From: a bacterium
Lineage (GTDB): Bacteria > UBA8248
Assembly: GCA_965213685.1 (NCBI GenBank)
Contig: CBDBZY010000024.1
Span: 1 to 64,000, forward strand
Length of the DNA stretch: 64,000 bases
Direction of reading: 5' to 3'
The notes below the pieces were generated by a model. That model was not told where the DNA came from. It saw only the letters and a list, made by a program, of their open reading frames with translations, and made no database searches. Both the position numbers and the translations under genes were made by a program. Of this stretch, positions 60,961 to 64,000 are shown piece by piece. The first letter of the stretch is position 1. The number at the start of each line of letters is the position of its first letter.

Positions 60961-61707
60961 ATGCCCGATTTTTCGATCGTCGAGTGGGCCTTCGTCCTGG
61001 CGGCGGCGTTTTGCAACGGCTTTCTGGTGCGCACCTTCGGGGCGGGCGTGGGACTCACGATCACCCCGTTTCTCATCTTCGCGTTCTCGCCCTCTTTCTC
61101 GCTGGGCCTCATCGCGCTGTTCAGCTGCTGGGCCGGCCTGGGGGCGGCGCCGGACTTCTGGGGCAAGTGGAACGCGCGCTACGTGCTCATCTTCGCCCCT
61201 GGCATCGTGACGGGAATCGCCTCGGGCGTCTGGCTCCTCACCTGGCTACCGCAGGCGGGGCTGAAAATCGTCATCGGCGCCATCTGCCTCTCCCTCGCGC
61301 TGTATCAGACGATCGTCGAAATCCGGGGCCGTCCCCTTGAAATCCCCCCCCTGCCCACCTGGCAGGGCGCGGGCTTCGGCGCGATGAGCGGGCTGTGCTC
61401 CTCCCTCGCCAACAGCGGGGCCATTTTCCTCACTCCCGTTCTCATCAGCCAGAAACTGGAGAAGCTCACCCTGGTCAGCACCATATGGATTCTCTATTCC
61501 GTGATGAACCCCATCAAGGTCATCGCCTACTGGCAGGTCTCCGTCGTCACGGCGGACGCCGTCTGGGCGAGCCTCATCGGCCTCCCGGCGCTGTGGCTGG
61601 GCCTGCGCGCCGGCGCCTGGGTACAGGACAGGCTCAGCGGGCGAACGTTCAACCTGTCCGTGCTGAGCATCGCCCTGGGAGGGTCCATTCGCCTGCTCAT
61701 CGCCTAG
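60961..61707 (+). CDS. TauE/SafE-family transporter (tandem paralog)
   Basis: GFLVRTFGAGVG, NPIKV, eight TM segments. Confidence 0.8.
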   Translation: MPDFSIVEWAFVLAAAFCNGFLVRTFGAGVGLTITPFLIFAFSPSFSLGLIALFSCWAGLGAAPDFWGKWNARYVLIFAPGIVTGIASGVWLLTWLPQAGLKIVIGAICLSLALYQTIVEIRGRPLEIPPLPTWQGAGFGAMSGLCSSLANSGAIFLTPVLISQKLEKLTLVSTIWILYSVMNPIKVIAYWQVSVVTADAVWASLIGLPALWLGLRAGAWVQDRLSGRTFNLSVLSIALGGSIRLLIA

Positions 61708-61773
61708 CCCCCCCCATGGCCCCGGCGCGCGCATGGGCAGAGGCGGGGGCTTCGACATCGGGGAGAGAATAAA

Positions 61774-62892
61774 ATGAGGACGACGCCACAGAGCGAAGAG
61801 GCGCCTCCGCCTGCCTCTGAAACCAGCCCGGGCATCGTGGACGCCGACATCCATCACGCGCCCCGGTCGCTGGACACCCTGCTGCCCTACCTGTCGGCGG
61901 AGTGGCGAAATTACGCCCAGGAAACCGACTACGCCAGGCTGCCCAACGCCCCGTATCCCAAAACGGCCGGCGGCGGCGTGCGCCAGGACGCCGTGCCAGC
62001 CGATGGCGGCCCCGCCGGCTCCAGTCTCGAGATGCTTCGGGCGCAGGTGCTGGACGCCTACGGGGTGCGCTACGGCATCCTCAACGGCGCGTATTACAAC
62101 GTGTCCTTCATGGGGATTCCCGAGTTCGGCGCCGCCCTCGCCCGCGCCCACAACGACTGGACGATCGAGCATTGGCTGGAGAAGGACGAGCGGCTGCGCG
62201 GAGCCATCACGGTCGCACACCAGGACCCGCAGCACGCCGTGGACGAGATCCGGCGCGTCGGCGAGCGCGGGGACATGGCGCAGGTTCTCTTCCCGGCGGG
62301 GTCGCACGCTCCCTACGGCCAGAGAAAATATCACCCCATCTATGCCGCGGCCGAGGAGCGGGGGCTACCCGTCGGGATTCATTTCGGGGGAACGGGCGCC
62401 GGAAACGCGCCGCCGCCCACCGCTTCGGGCTGGCCCACCTATTACATCGAATGGCACACGGCCATGAGCCAGAGTTTCATGACCCACGTCGCCAGCTTCA
62501 TCTGCGAGGGCGTGTTCGAGCTGTTTCCGAATCTGAAAGTCGTCCTGATCGAGGGCGGCGTGTCCTGGGTTCCGGGCCTCCTCTGGCGTCTGGACAAGAA
62601 CTATCGGGGGATGCGCGCGGAGGTGCCCTGGCTCAGAAAGCTGCCGAGCGAATACTTCTTCGAGCATTTCCGGTTGACGAGCCAGCCCATCGAGGAGCCG
62701 GGCGAGGACGCGCACCTGCTCCAGATATTCGAGATGATCCGGGCCGAGCGCATTCTGCTTTTCGCCACCGATTACCCCCACTGGGATTTCGACTCGCCTG
62801 TTCACGCGCTGCCGAGTCGCGTGGACGAGAACCTGTGCGAGCGCATCATGCGAGAAAACGCCCTGGCGCTCTACCGCTTCGACGACGACTAG
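61774..62892 (+). CDS. amidohydrolase-2 family protein
   Basis: [32 protein letters not shown]. Confidence 0.9.
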   Translation: MRTTPQSEEAPPPASETSPGIVDADIHHAPRSLDTLLPYLSAEWRNYAQETDYARLPNAPYPKTAGGGVRQDAVPADGGPAGSSLEMLRAQVLDAYGVRYGILNGAYYNVSFMGIPEFGAALARAHNDWTIEHWLEKDERLRGAITVAHQDPQHAVDEIRRVGERGDMAQVLFPAGSHAPYGQRKYHPIYAAAEERGLPVGIHFGGTGAGNAPPPTASGWPTYYIEWHTAMSQSFMTHVASFICEGVFELFPNLKVVLIEGGVSWVPGLLWRLDKNYRGMRAEVPWLRKLPSEYFFEHFRLTSQPIEEPGEDAHLLQIFEMIRAERILLFATDYPHWDFDSPVHALPSRVDENLCERIMRENALALYRFDDD

Positions 62893-63026
62893 CCGGGGGT
62901 GCGCGGAGGCGAGGCGCAGAGGCGCACCCGCAAACCTTTTGACCGCGCCCCGTTTGGCGGGTAAGGTTGAGAGACAAGACGCAGACGCGGGCGGGGCACC
63001 CGCCCTCTCTGTATCGGGAGACATCC

Positions 63027-64000
63027 ATGTCCACGATGAATACGCATATGGAGATTCCGGGCCCTCCTCCATATTCCTACGAGAAATCCTTGGAGCCAGA
63101 GCTTCAGGCACTCTCAGAGCGCGTGAAGGATATGCGAGCCAGAGCCGAAGGCGAATTGTCGCGAGACGTCCTTTATAAAATCCGAAAATTCTTCCGGCTC
63201 AAGAACATCTATCACTCGAACGCGATTGAAGGGAATCAACTGAAGTTGGGAGAAACCCGCCAGGTCGTCGAACTGGGCCTCACCATCACGGGGAAACCGC
63301 TCAAAGACCAGGCGGAGGCGCGCAACCTGTCGGAAGCCCTGGATTTCCTGGAAGACCTGGCCAAAGATGCGGACAAACCGATCACGGAGCATGACATTCG
63401 CCAACTGCATTCCTTCGTCCTGAAAGGAATCCATGACGCCGGAGCGGGGGCTTACAGAACCGTGCCGGTTGAAATCAGCGGCTCCAAATTCCCCCCGCCC
63501 GGCCCGGAATCCGTCCCTGGTCAGATGCGCGCATTCGCCGACTGGTTTCGGGAGGCGAGCACGCTGGGCGATAAGCCGCGTGGCAGCGTCAGCGGACTTC
63601 TTGCTGCGGCTGCGGCGCATACGTGGTTCGTGAGCATTCATCCGTTCATCGACGGAAACGGGCGCGTGGCGCGCTTGCTCCTGAACCTGATCCTGATGCG
63701 GCACGGCTTTCCCATAGCGATCATCTCCAAAGAAGACCGCCTTCGCTATTACGATGCTTTGGAAGAGTCGCAAGGGTCGGATTTGACTCCCTTCACCGGC
63801 CTCCTGGCTGAATGCATCGAGGAAAGCCTCGAAGAATACGAACAGGCCGCCGAAGAACAGCGCGCGCATATCGAATTGGTGGAATCCCTGACGCAAAAAT
63901 TTACCGAGCCTGAACGAGTGCGCGCGGAAAACGAATACGAAGTGTGGCGAAACGCGATGGAGCTACTCAAAAGCCACCTTCGGCAGACCGCGAACAACCT
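63027..64000 (+). CDS. Fic-family protein (runs off right end; absent from ORF track)
   Basis: Open frame from ATG 63027; YHSNAIEGN, IRQLH, GAYR, HPFIDGNGRVARLL. Confidence 0.92.
   Translation, partial: MSTMNTHMEIPGPPPYSYEKSLEPELQALSERVKDMRARAEGELSRDVLYKIRKFFRLKNIYHSNAIEGNQLKLGETRQVVELGLTITGKPLKDQAEARNLSEALDFLEDLAKDADKPITEHDIRQLHSFVLKGIHDAGAGAYRTVPVEISGSKFPPPGPESVPGQMRAFADWFREASTLGDKPRGSVSGLLAAAAAHTWFVSIHPFIDGNGRVARLLLNLILMRHGFPIAIISKEDRLRYYDALEESQGSDLTPFTGLLAECIEESLEEYEQAAEEQRAHIELVESLTQKFTEPERVRAENEYEVWRNAMELLKSHLRQTANN

Overview
GC-rich bacterial chromosomal window, almost entirely protein coding, with no rRNA, tRNA, CRISPR array or transposase that I can support. Many genes in the first ~38 kb carry single-base frameshifts, often at G/C homopolymers. 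These are most likely long-read assembly errors, so those coordinates are reconstructed and approximate. From left to right: (1) a minus-strand pyrimidine operon (pyrR-pyrB-pyrC-carA) with a PyrR attenuator; S4 protein, SurA-like PPIase, mfd, RodZ-like protein, metalloenzyme, and aroF with a candidate Phe-rich leader attenuator. (2) Two acyl-CoA dehydrogenases, then a selenium-linked block: a UGSC-family selenoprotein (in-frame TGA plus SECIS-like hairpin, split in the ORF track), its partner gene, and a tightly coupled Rid-yqeB-AAA+(CbbQ/NorQ-type)-VWA-yqeC-xdhC operon. This block is the best candidate for an undescribed system. (3) ComF, a lower-GC insert, pdxA, ComDE-like decarboxylase, HAD, quinone reductases, CCA-adding enzyme and a second, divergent pyrR. 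(4) Catabolic clusters: TAXI-TRAP/VOC/2-hydroxyacid dehydrogenase/citrate synthase/aconitase/PrpF, then paired MBL hydrolases, acyl-CoA synthetases and TauE transporters. (5) A Fic protein running off the right end. All calls come from reading motifs by eye; no searches were run.
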